The position numbers and the translations under genes were made by a program. Source: Myxococcota bacterium (lineage in GTDB: Bacteria > Myxococcota > SpSt-1050). Taken from it: DNA of 12,973 nt. The notes beneath the pieces were generated by a model. The model was not told the DNA's origin. It did no database searches and saw only the letters and a list, made by a program, of their open reading frames with translations. This document shows, one piece after another, positions 1 through 7,743 of the stretch (position 1 is its first letter; every line of letters starts with the position of its first letter). The stretch spans positions 1 to 12,973 of the forward strand of contig JBMFOP010000085.1 of assembly GCA_049969675.1 (NCBI GenBank). Reading direction: 5' to 3'.

Positions 1-516
1 AGGTCAACCAGAATTTATTATATTGTGGACTGTTGATTGTAAAAATATCTCATATGGGTATGGATAAGTCAATTTCATAAACTGCTTCTTAATCCCATTA
101 TTTATACATAACTATTTCTCAATGAAGGTTATCTTACAAAGGATTTCAGCGAAATTGGGCATATACACAGATCAGGTGATACAAATCAAAAATTGGTTCT
201 TTGATAATTCCACTTCATATATATGGATGACAATATAAGGATAGAGTAATTGAAAACACCATAACCACTCTTAAAGAGGCAAAAGAAGAAACACCTCATC
301 TTTTCTGGACATCCATCTAATATATGGGAATTTATCTGCATATTTAGAATTGTTAAAACCATAATCTTAAACATAACTTACATAGAAATTAGACCTATAT
401 AGAAAACCTCCATTTTAAAAATTCAATATCTTCGTGAATTCAATGAAAATTTATTTTTTACAGATATACTACCAACATACTTCTTCAAAACTGGGGAGTC
501 AGGGTCTAAATATAGA

Positions 517-1284
517 CTATTTTCTTACCCTATCAGGATTTGTAGAAGTAACTCTTGAGGGGGTTCTTGTTCTTACATAGGCATATAATCTTTTGACCTC
601 TTTGGGAGAGAGTTCTCTATATGCCCCTACCGGCATATCATCTACTCTGAGTCCGGCAAACTCCACCCTCTTGAGCCTTATTACATCATATCCGATATAT
701 TCAAAGAGCCTCTTTACCTCGTGATATTTTCCCTCATTCAGGACTATCTCTACCCAGCTATTTATCCCTGTAGATTTAATAACTTTCACAGAAGCAGGTT
801 TGATAAAACCATCTCTCAAATGAATACCCTTCTTCAATTCCATAAGCTTCAATGGACTCATTACCCCCTTAATCTTCACATGATAGACCCTCTCAACCCT
901 ATAACGAGGATGGGTTAACATATTCGCCAGTTCTCCATCATTGGTGAGAAGTAATACACCCTCAGCATCATAATCCAATCTACCGACATTAAATACCCTC
1001 ACCCTTGAATTGACAAGGTCAATTACGGTCCTTCTTCCTTTATCATCATAGCTTGAACATATTGTTTTGGGGGGCTTATTTAAGAGTATATATACCTTCT
1101 CTTTCTCCTCTGATATCACCTCGCCATCTATTGTCACAATATCAACTTCGGGGTCAATCATTATGCCCGGCTCCAGCACAGGCTTACCATTTACCTTTAT
1201 CCTTCCCTCAATTATCAATTCATCCACTCTTCTTCTACTCGCATAACCTGCACCTGCAACAAATTTATTTATCCTTATTTTCAT
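517..1284 (-). CDS. rluB: rRNA pseudouridine synthase, RsuA/RluB/E/F family (RluB-like), 255 aa
   Basis: N-terminal S4 domain (IRINKFVAGAGYASRRRVDELIIEGRIKVNG), LLNKP motif, catalytic VGRLD motif, EGKYHEVKRLF and RLKRVEFAGL C-terminal motifs. Start overlaps the pdxJ stop (ATGA, 1281-1284). The family is secure; the exact paralog is less so. Confidence 0.85.
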   Translation of the reverse strand: MKIRINKFVAGAGYASRRRVDELIIEGRIKVNGKPVLEPGIMIDPEVDIVTIDGEVISEEKEKVYILLNKPPKTICSSYDDKGRRTVIDLVNSRVRVFNVGRLDYDAEGVLLLTNDGELANMLTHPRYRVERVYHVKIKGVMSPLKLMELKKGIHLRDGFIKPASVKVIKSTGINSWVEIVLNEGKYHEVKRLFEYIGYDVIRLKRVEFAGLRVDDMPVGAYRELSPKEVKRLYAYVRTRTPSRVTSTNPDRVRK

Positions 1285-2015
1285 TTAATCCCTCTTGAGT
1301 ACCTCAAAAGTTCAACCATCTCTCTAACTGCATTTTCAAGACCTACATAGACAGCCCTCGCAACTATAGAATGTCCAATATTAAACTCCTCAATCTCGGG
1401 TATTGCTACTACATCAAAGATGTTCTGGTAATTCAAGCCATGTCCAGCATTTACCTTTATACCCATCTTACTGGCAGCCTTTGCCGCATCAATAATGCGT
1501 GAAAGCTCCAACTCCCTATGCTTCTTATCGGGGGCATCACAGTACTTGCCGGTATGCAGTTCAATAGCATCAGTATCACACCTCTTTGCCATTGATATCT
1601 GGTCAATGTCTGGATCAATAAATATACTTACCTCAATCCCGGCATTTTTCAATGCCCTTACAACATTCCTGATGACTTCTGAGGATTCAATCACATTTAA
1701 ACCACCCTCCGTGGTAAGCTCCGCCCTCTTCTCTGGCACCAGACAGACCGAGTCTGGCCTTATATCAAGTGCAATCTCTACCATCTCCTTTGTGGGAGCC
1801 ATCTCAAGATTCAACCTGGTCTTTAATATCTGTCGCAGTATCCTTACATCTCTGTCCTGAATATGCCTCCTGTCCTCTCTCAGATGAACTGTAATCCCAT
1901 CCGCACCCCCCAATTCACACAGGACAGCAGCGTATATAGGGTCTGGGTAGATGGCCTGTCTTACCTGCCTCAATGTCGCTATATGGTCAATATTTACTCC
2001 AAGCTTTGGTCTCAT
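1281..2015 (-). CDS. pdxJ: Pyridoxine 5'-phosphate synthase, 244 aa
   Basis: Signature motifs LGVNIDHIATLRQ, GITVHLREDRRHI, LVPEKRAELTTEGGL, NAGHGL, EFNIGHSI. SD AGGAGG at 2020-2025 (minus strand). Confidence 0.98.
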   Translation of the reverse strand: MRPKLGVNIDHIATLRQVRQAIYPDPIYAAVLCELGGADGITVHLREDRRHIQDRDVRILRQILKTRLNLEMAPTKEMVEIALDIRPDSVCLVPEKRAELTTEGGLNVIESSEVIRNVVRALKNAGIEVSIFIDPDIDQISMAKRCDTDAIELHTGKYCDAPDKKHRELELSRIIDAAKAASKMGIKVNAGHGLNYQNIFDVVAIPEIEEFNIGHSIVARAVYVGLENAVREMVELLRYSRGIK

Positions 2016-2026
2016 ATAGCCTCCTC

Positions 2027-3376
2027 TTATGATACATATTTCTTGATAATTGCAGAGATCTCATCAGCTATCTTCTCTATCTTTCCCTTATCTTCCCCCT
2101 CAACCATCACCCTTGCCTTGAGCTCTGTACCAGAATATCTTACCAGAACTCTCCCCTTTCCTTTAAGAGTCTTCTCTGCATTCTTAATCGCCTTCGTTAC
2201 TTCGGGGATAGTGCTCAAATCCTTCTTCTTGCTCACCTTAAAATTGACAAGCACCTGTGGAAACTTTTTTATAATCTTTCCAAGTTCTGAGAGTGGTTTA
2301 TCCTCTTTCTTCATAACAGAAAGAGTCTGCAGTGCAGCAAGTATACCATCACCCGTTGTAAGATAATCCATAAATATGATGTGTCCCGATTGCTCTCCTC
2401 CAAAATTTAGACCATTATTCCTCATATACTCAACCACATATCTATCTCCAACCTGTGTCCTCACAAGCCTCATACCATTCTCTTTCAGGAATAACTCCAG
2501 CCCCATATTACTCATAACAGTAGCAACAACTGTATTCCCTCTGAGCCTTCCGCTCTTACTCATATTAAGGGCATTTATAGCCATTATCTGGTCTCCATCC
2601 ACAATCTTACCTTCTTCATCACAGATAATTACCCTATCCGCATCCCCATCAAGGGCGATACCTATATCAGCCTTATGCCTCTTCACAAGTCCCGAGATAT
2701 GCTCGGGATGGAGTGCCCCTACACCTTTATTGATATTTACACCGTCGGGTTCAATTCCGGTACTAATTACATTGGCACCTAACTCCTCAAAGACAACAGG
2801 TGCCACCTTATATGCCGCTCCGTTTGCACAATCCACCACAATCTTCAATCCATCAAGAGTCATCTCCTGAGGGAATGTATTTTTTAAATGCTGGATATAT
2901 CTTCCAGAGGCATCATCAATTCTAAATGCCTTCCCGATGCTCTCCGGACTGGGCCTTAAGGAGTCCATTGTCGCAGCAAATACCAGTTCTTCAATCTTCT
3001 CCTCTATATCATCGGGGAGTTTAAACCCATCCCTTGAAAAGATCTTTATACCATTATCCTGATAAGGATTGTGCGACGCTGAGATTACTATGCCAGCATC
3101 TGCCCTCATACTCTGCGTAATAAATGCAATGGCTGGTGTTGGCAGAGGTCCTACCAGCATTATATCCACTCCCATTGAACATATACCACTTGAAAGGGAT
3201 GTCTCAAACATATATCCGGATATCCTTGTATCCTTCCCTATTATAATCCTGTGCCTGTGATTACCTCTCTTACAGAGGACAGCTATCGCCCTCCCTATCT
3301 GCATAGCCATCTCTGCGGTCATTGGATACTCATTTGCAATACCTCTTACACCATCAGTACCGAATAACCTTCTCAT
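2027..3376 (-). CDS. glmM: Phosphoglucosamine mutase, 449 aa
   Basis: [10 protein letters not shown]-terminus, GKDTRISGY, phosphoserine loop ISASHNP, metal loop DGDADR, GGEQSGH, RYSGTE. AGAGG SD upstream of the ATG. Confidence 0.98.
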   Translation of the reverse strand: MRRLFGTDGVRGIANEYPMTAEMAMQIGRAIAVLCKRGNHRHRIIIGKDTRISGYMFETSLSSGICSMGVDIMLVGPLPTPAIAFITQSMRADAGIVISASHNPYQDNGIKIFSRDGFKLPDDIEEKIEELVFAATMDSLRPSPESIGKAFRIDDASGRYIQHLKNTFPQEMTLDGLKIVVDCANGAAYKVAPVVFEELGANVISTGIEPDGVNINKGVGALHPEHISGLVKRHKADIGIALDGDADRVIICDEEGKIVDGDQIMAINALNMSKSGRLRGNTVVATVMSNMGLELFLKENGMRLVRTQVGDRYVVEYMRNNGLNFGGEQSGHIIFMDYLTTGDGILAALQTLSVMKKEDKPLSELGKIIKKFPQVLVNFKVSKKKDLSTIPEVTKAIKNAEKTLKGKGRVLVRYSGTELKARVMVEGEDKGKIEKIADEISAIIKKYVS

Positions 3377-3451
3377 AGAAACCTCTAAAAAATTGAATAT
3401 TATTGAACATCTTAAAGCTTCTATTGTTTAGATTCAGATTCAGGCAAAAAA

Positions 3452-3721
3452 TTAAAATGTTGATTGTAATATTTCCTTTTTGGTCTTGCATCTATTAATT
3501 GATTCTCTATAAATATCAATATCTTTCTCAGCAAGTGAAGCATTAATTGCCTTCTTATAATAGTCTATCGCCTTTAAGTAATCCCCTCTCAATTCATACA
3601 TAATCCCAAATTCGTTGTAGATCTTATCTTTTGCCTCAACAATCTGACCATTTCTGATCTTTTCATCTGCGTCAAAAAACATCTCATCAGCCCTGGAAAG
3701 AATACTCTCAATTCTGGACAT
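3452..3721 (-). CDS. Small TPR-containing protein, 89 aa (possibly an internally deleted remnant of a longer TPR protein)
   Basis: Strong SD GAGAGGAGG (3727-3735, minus) lies 5 nt before the ATG at 3721, preferred over GTG 3724. One clear TPR (KIYNEFGIMYELRGDYLKAIDYYKKAINAS) plus a capping helix. Confidence 0.75.
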   Translation of the reverse strand: MSRIESILSRADEMFFDADEKIRNGQIVEAKDKIYNEFGIMYELRGDYLKAIDYYKKAINASLAEKDIDIYRESINRCKTKKEILQSTF

Positions 3722-3823
3722 CACAACCTCCTCTCAAAAACCAGATAACATCCTTAAACAGGGGAGCAACATTTCTTCAATTTCTTTTATAGAATAAAAT
3801 TCCAAAATGCAAGCAAATATATC

Positions 3824-5371
3824 CTACCTGATTGACTCAAGAGCCTTAAGCATCTTGGAGGCACGCTCAACCCTCCACTTTGCCTTATCCTGAGATGGTG
3901 AGTTGAGAAATAGCTTATAGTATTGTATTGCCATATCAGCCTTCGCCAGAAGTCTATATGACTCTGCCATACCAAATAGAGGATCTGCCAGTTGAGGATT
4001 TAGTGCAAGTGCCTTCTTATATTCGTTGATTGCGTCCAGATATCTTGCCATCCCCAGGAGTGCATCTCCTCTGACGACATAAGCCTCCGCGACATCCTTC
4101 TTTATAACCATCAATTCATCAATATACTTTATTGCACCTGCATAGTCACCCACACTATTTGCCTTATTCGCCTTTGCAAGCAGGTCATTTACTGGCGATG
4201 ATTGTTGTGGTGCCGGTTGAGACGACTGTGAGGTTTGTGCCGCAACCTGTGAACTCTGATCAGGTGACGGAGAAGATTTCCCGGAGAGCCTTGCCTTAGC
4301 ACGGTTTATATTCTCCTTTGCACCTGAATTATTTGGGTCCAGTTGTAATACCTTTTCCCATTCTGATATCGCCTGTTCCAACCTATCAATCTTTGCAAGC
4401 GCAATTCCAAGGTTGTAATGTGCCTGAATGCTATTCGGATTTCTTATCAGGGCATCTCTATAAGTAGAAATTGCAAGTCTATAATTACCATTTGCCAGAT
4501 GCCCATCCGCCTCCTTGACTATCTCATAAGCCGGGTCATTTGCAAGCGTTGCTGTCTTCATAGTTGATGTATCAGAAGTATTCGCATTATTTGTAGTAGA
4601 TTGAGTTGGTTGTCTATCCGGCTTTATGTTTTCTGTTGGTGGAGTAGTATTCGTAGATTGTTTTGCAAAAGAGGTGACAGGAGATGGAGCCGTTGCAGGT
4701 GCCGGCACTGATGGGGTTACGACTGAAGGGGCAGATATTGATGGAGTTGATAGAGCAGGGGTCGATGTGGTTGCTGGTTGAGAGGTTGAAGGGATTGGCG
4801 CAACTACCACTGCTGGATTCTGCTTTGACGAACCCTTTAATTCATTTAGTTTTGCCTTTGCATCATCAATCTTGCTCTGTTTTACATCTTTATTTGCCAT
4901 TGATAAAAACTTCTCGTAATTCTTAATAGCATTCTCCTTCTCACCTACTGAATAATAGGCCTCGGCAAGTCTATAAACCCCATCCGGGTCATCACTTTTT
5001 AGACTTATATATTTTTCCAGATACTTGATAGCCTCGTTAAATAACCCTGCCTTAAGATAGGAATACCCAATATTGTAATATGCAGAGACGAGCTGCGGGT
5101 TATAGCCGAGTGCCTCAGCATAACTTGCCGCTGCCTCAGGATATCTCTTCGCCTTAAAATAGGCGTTCCCCAATGATTCATGAACTCTCCAATTCTTCCC
5201 ATTTATCTTAAGGCTCGCCTTATATAACTCTATCGCCTTATCATAGTTTTTCTCCGCATAAGCGGCATCCCCCTGCTGAGCCAGATTATCAGCAGTATCC
5301 TGAGCAGACCCGATTCCATTAAAAGAGAACAAAATCAAAAAGATTACTAAAAAAACCAGTTTGAATCTCAT
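3824..5371 (-). CDS. Exported TPR-repeat protein, 515 aa: signal peptide and three TPR modules separated by P/S/T-rich and Q/S-rich linkers
   Basis: Sec-type signal MRFKLVFLVIFLILFSFNGIGSA|QD with no lipobox Cys. Many TPR consensus repeats (VHESLGNAYFKAKRYPEAAASYAEAL, AYYNIGYSYLKAG, AHYNLGIALAKIDRLEQAISEWEKVL, AYVVRGDALLGMARYLDAINEYKKAL). Start overlaps the upstream ATPase stop (ATGA, 5368-5371). Confidence 0.92.
   Translation of the reverse strand: MRFKLVFLVIFLILFSFNGIGSAQDTADNLAQQGDAAYAEKNYDKAIELYKASLKINGKNWRVHESLGNAYFKAKRYPEAAASYAEALGYNPQLVSAYYNIGYSYLKAGLFNEAIKYLEKYISLKSDDPDGVYRLAEAYYSVGEKENAIKNYEKFLSMANKDVKQSKIDDAKAKLNELKGSSKQNPAVVVAPIPSTSQPATTSTPALSTPSISAPSVVTPSVPAPATAPSPVTSFAKQSTNTTPPTENIKPDRQPTQSTTNNANTSDTSTMKTATLANDPAYEIVKEADGHLANGNYRLAISTYRDALIRNPNSIQAHYNLGIALAKIDRLEQAISEWEKVLQLDPNNSGAKENINRAKARLSGKSSPSPDQSSQVAAQTSQSSQPAPQQSSPVNDLLAKANKANSVGDYAGAIKYIDELMVIKKDVAEAYVVRGDALLGMARYLDAINEYKKALALNPQLADPLFGMAESYRLLAKADMAIQYYKLFLNSPSQDKAKWRVERASKMLKALESIR
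4688..4762 (-). repeat. Degenerate 15-bp coding tandem repeat, 5 units (TPALS/TPSIS/APSVV/TPSVP/APATA)
   Basis: Plus-strand 9-mers tgcaggtgc (4694), tgatggggt (4709), tgaaggggc (4724), tgatggagt (4739) and agcaggggt (4754) recur at an exact 15-nt period. Confidence 0.55.
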
Positions 5372-6477
5372 ATTCTAAAACCTCCTCTTAATATATCTCC
5401 CAGATGTAATAATTGTCCAAGACTATAAATATCCGAATATAGATCCGGCAATATCACCTTCTCTCCTTTGAAGGTCTCGTCCAGTCCTTTTATATCTCTC
5501 TTAATAGATTCCAGCATCTCCTTCTCAAGTGCCAATATAAATTCAAGATTCAATCTTATATCACTATTTTTACAATTTGTCATCAATATATTTAATTCCT
5601 CCATCAACTCTTCTCTGCCATAAAAATAAGGCGCCCTATTGATAATTGTTGTAATCTTAGAGATGCCACGTTGCCTCAGACCCTTCATAAGATGAGAGAG
5701 CTCTCCAAGTGAAATTTTCTGGGGAGAGCCTATAATAAAATACTTTACATTTTCAGATAGATAAAGCGCACTCAATTCATAAGCGCGATTTAATAAATTG
5801 TCATACATAGAAGATAGACTATTCAAGAACTCCTTCATATCTGAGATAAATTCAAGTCCAAATATCACCCCAAGAATCTTATATAAGAAATCTCCAGTCT
5901 TCTTAAAAAATATCCCTGTCAGGGATCCTGAATCCTCTATATCAGCGAAAAATCGTATTACCCGTTTATCCAGAAAATCCACCATCTTATGAGCCCCATC
6001 TATAAATTCAAAGGCATTTTTAGAGGGGGCTGTGTCAACAATTATTATATCATACTCCTTTTTAAGAAAGATATCATATATCTTCTCAGCGGCGAAATAC
6101 TCCTGGGCACCAATCATTGATTCCGAGAGAAATTTGAATATCCTGTTTGCAACTATCTTTGAAATTACACTTTCCTCAGGGATATATCTTTTGAGTAGAT
6201 TTAGAAAGGCATCTTTTGAATCCACCATCATCGCATCCATCTTACCCAAAAGCACCTCTCCACTCTCCTCTCTGAAATAGTCATTTATACATACAGGTTC
6301 AAATCCAATATCTTTAAGTCGCAATACATCTTTTAATCTCCTGGCAGGGTCCACCGTTATCACAAGAACATCAAGTCCAGTTGCCGCAAAGGACAGTCCG
6401 AGTGCAGAGGAGAGAGTTGTCTTCCCGACACCACCGGGACCAAACATAAATAATATCTGTGTACTTTTTGAATTCAT
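5368..6477 (-). CDS. ArsA/Get3-family (SIMIBI) ATPase, BagB/Rv3680-like subunit, 369 aa
   Basis: P-loop GPGGVGKTT (signature Lys replaced by Pro), switch I TVDPARRL, IGAQEY, switch II YDIIIVDTAPSKNA, IINR. Single ATPase domain with no CXXC. Start overlaps the partner's stop (ATGA, 6474-6477). Confidence 0.9.
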   Translation of the reverse strand: MNSKSTQILFMFGPGGVGKTTLSSALGLSFAATGLDVLVITVDPARRLKDVLRLKDIGFEPVCINDYFREESGEVLLGKMDAMMVDSKDAFLNLLKRYIPEESVISKIVANRIFKFLSESMIGAQEYFAAEKIYDIFLKKEYDIIIVDTAPSKNAFEFIDGAHKMVDFLDKRVIRFFADIEDSGSLTGIFFKKTGDFLYKILGVIFGLEFISDMKEFLNSLSSMYDNLLNRAYELSALYLSENVKYFIIGSPQKISLGELSHLMKGLRQRGISKITTIINRAPYFYGREELMEELNILMTNCKNSDIRLNLEFILALEKEMLESIKRDIKGLDETFKGEKVILPDLYSDIYSLGQLLHLGDILRGGFRI

Positions 6478-7352
6478 AAATTACAAATATATTCAAATAT
6501 CCTCTGTGATTGGTTATTATCAGGGAAGAATGGCACTTCAAATACATTATCTGATGTACTACTTTTTAAGTCACATATAAGTCTCTGCTGCTCCTGATAT
6601 CTCGACAGATAGTAATTGTACAGCTCAAGAATCTCTCTCTTAATCTGGTTTTCACTACAATCCAGCCTGATATCCTTCATATCATATTTTTTATTCACGA
6701 TGATACATAACACCTTTATATTCTCAATTACATTAAAGCGATGGAAGAATTCAATAGTCTCAGATATGACCACCCCATCCGGCAGTGAAATCTGTATTAC
6801 ACCCGAATTTTCAGAAGAATACAACCATCGGTTCATCTCTCTAATTATGTTGATTACCGGACCTCTCTGAAATATCCCTTTTGCGGCATATGGTATCTTC
6901 AGAAAGAGTTCTGCATGTCCGGAGGCTGGCATATCAATAAATATCTTCTGAAAGTCATAATCCTTCACAAGGTGCAACAAAAAATAGGTTATAAGCATCT
7001 CTTTTGCAGAAGGGAGTGCACGATAAAAAGACTTGAGAGGCTTTAGATTTAGTGCCAGATTTATCAAAAATTCGCTTTTTAAATAATCTACCAGATAGAA
7101 TTTTAAGGCGTCCTCGGGCTCTATATGTGAAAAGAAGAGATTTTCATCAACCTTAACGGGTTCAGTGGAGATGTTGCTGAACCTCAATATCTCTCTCAGA
7201 GTAGACCTCTTATTGTCAAAATCCACAATCAGGGTCTTATATCTCAATGCCGATTTCTTTCCCAATGAGACCGTATATGTGCTCTTGCCAGTCCCGCCTT
7301 TACCCGTAATAAAGAATATCCTTCTACTTTTAATTATGTCATCAAGTCCCAT
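6474..7352 (-). CDS. ArsA/Get3-family (SIMIBI) ATPase, BagA/Rv3679-like subunit, about 292 aa
   Basis: Deviant Walker A TGKGGTGKST, degenerate switch I (VDFDNKRS), LPSAKE, switch II IDMPASGH, VISETIE, IVNK. Start reassigned from TTG 7388 to ATG 7352 because the extra 12 codons coincide with a promoter-like element. Confidence 0.88.
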   Translation of the reverse strand: MGLDDIIKSRRIFFITGKGGTGKSTYTVSLGKKSALRYKTLIVDFDNKRSTLREILRFSNISTEPVKVDENLFFSHIEPEDALKFYLVDYLKSEFLINLALNLKPLKSFYRALPSAKEMLITYFLLHLVKDYDFQKIFIDMPASGHAELFLKIPYAAKGIFQRGPVINIIREMNRWLYSSENSGVIQISLPDGVVISETIEFFHRFNVIENIKVLCIIVNKKYDMKDIRLDCSENQIKREILELYNYYLSRYQEQQRLICDLKSSTSDNVFEVPFFPDNNQSQRIFEYICNL

Positions 7353-7360
7353 ACAGGCAG

Positions 7361-7388
7361 AGAATACCACAAAGAAAATCAAATACAA
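7361..7388 (-). promoter_or_regulatory. Putative sigma70-type promoter for the ATPase pair operon (TTGTAT-N16-TATTCT, extended -10 TG)
   Basis: -35 at 7383-7388. TGG-TATTCT at 7361-7369 ends 8 nt before ATG 7352. No SD is present. Confidence 0.45.
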
Positions 7389-7655
7389 TAAATTTAAGAC
7401 GACTCACCGAACAAATAGAGAAAGACTTACTTAATACATTTGTGCAATCTCCCCCTATCCTCATTTCTGGCTCTATAAGAGAGATTTTTTGGTTCAACGA
7501 CGCACAGACCCTGCCCTAACACAGAATGCTATTATTTGAAAATTTCCCATTAATGCAAAGAGCCACTCAATCCAGGAAAAAGTAAGAGGCAAATAGGTGA
7601 TAAATATTTTTATTACGGACCAGTGCCCTTATAGGATTGTGTCAAAGATGATAAC

Positions 7656-7670
7656 AATTGAGTCTCAATT
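7656..7670. promoter_or_regulatory. Perfect 7-1-7 dyad AATTGAG-T-CTCAATT, candidate transcription factor site
   Basis: Exact inverted repeat ending 5 nt upstream of the putative cdnL -35 element. Confidence 0.45.
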
Positions 7671-7675
7671 TTTTC

Positions 7676-7705
7676 TTGCTTTTTTAAAAAAATAAGGTAT
7701 ATAAT
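7676..7705 (+). promoter_or_regulatory. Putative sigma70 promoter of cdnL-ispDF (TTGCTT-N18-TATAAT)
   Basis: TTGCTT at 7676-7681 and a perfect TATAAT at 7700-7705, followed by a short leader and SD AAGGAGGT at 7731-7738. Confidence 0.65.
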
Positions 7706-7743
7706 ATCATCGCTCCATAGTTTGGAGACAAAGGAGGTCTTTG

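Noticed and set aside
186..374. 62-aa minus-strand ORF
   Set aside because: No properly spaced SD, no recognisable motif and an atypical composition; expected by chance in AT-rich DNA.
721..3260. Plus-strand ORFs of 63-167 aa (721, 1053, 1495, 1863, 2376, 3069)
   Set aside because: Antisense shadows of rluB, pdxJ and glmM, mostly Ser/Ile/Pro-rich, with no motifs.
4190..4835. Locally higher GC as a sign of horizontal transfer
   Set aside because: Explained by Pro/Ala/Ser/Thr-rich linker codons. The gene is translationally coupled to its upstream neighbour and has no mobility signatures.
5368..7352. Arsenic resistance (arsA) operon
   Set aside because: These are two separate single-domain ATPases with no evident metalloid-binding Cys set and no arsB/acr3/arsC/arsD/arsR in the window. 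The motifs fit the BagA/BagB type.
3787..7434. Short alternative-frame or antisense ORFs inside the TPR and ATPase genes
   Set aside because: Nested in or largely overlapping well-supported genes, with no independent coding signal.
7680..7692. T6-A7 palindromic run in the cdnL promoter spacer as an operator or phase-variable tract
   Set aside because: Short homopolymers like this are common at this AT content, and there is no independent support.
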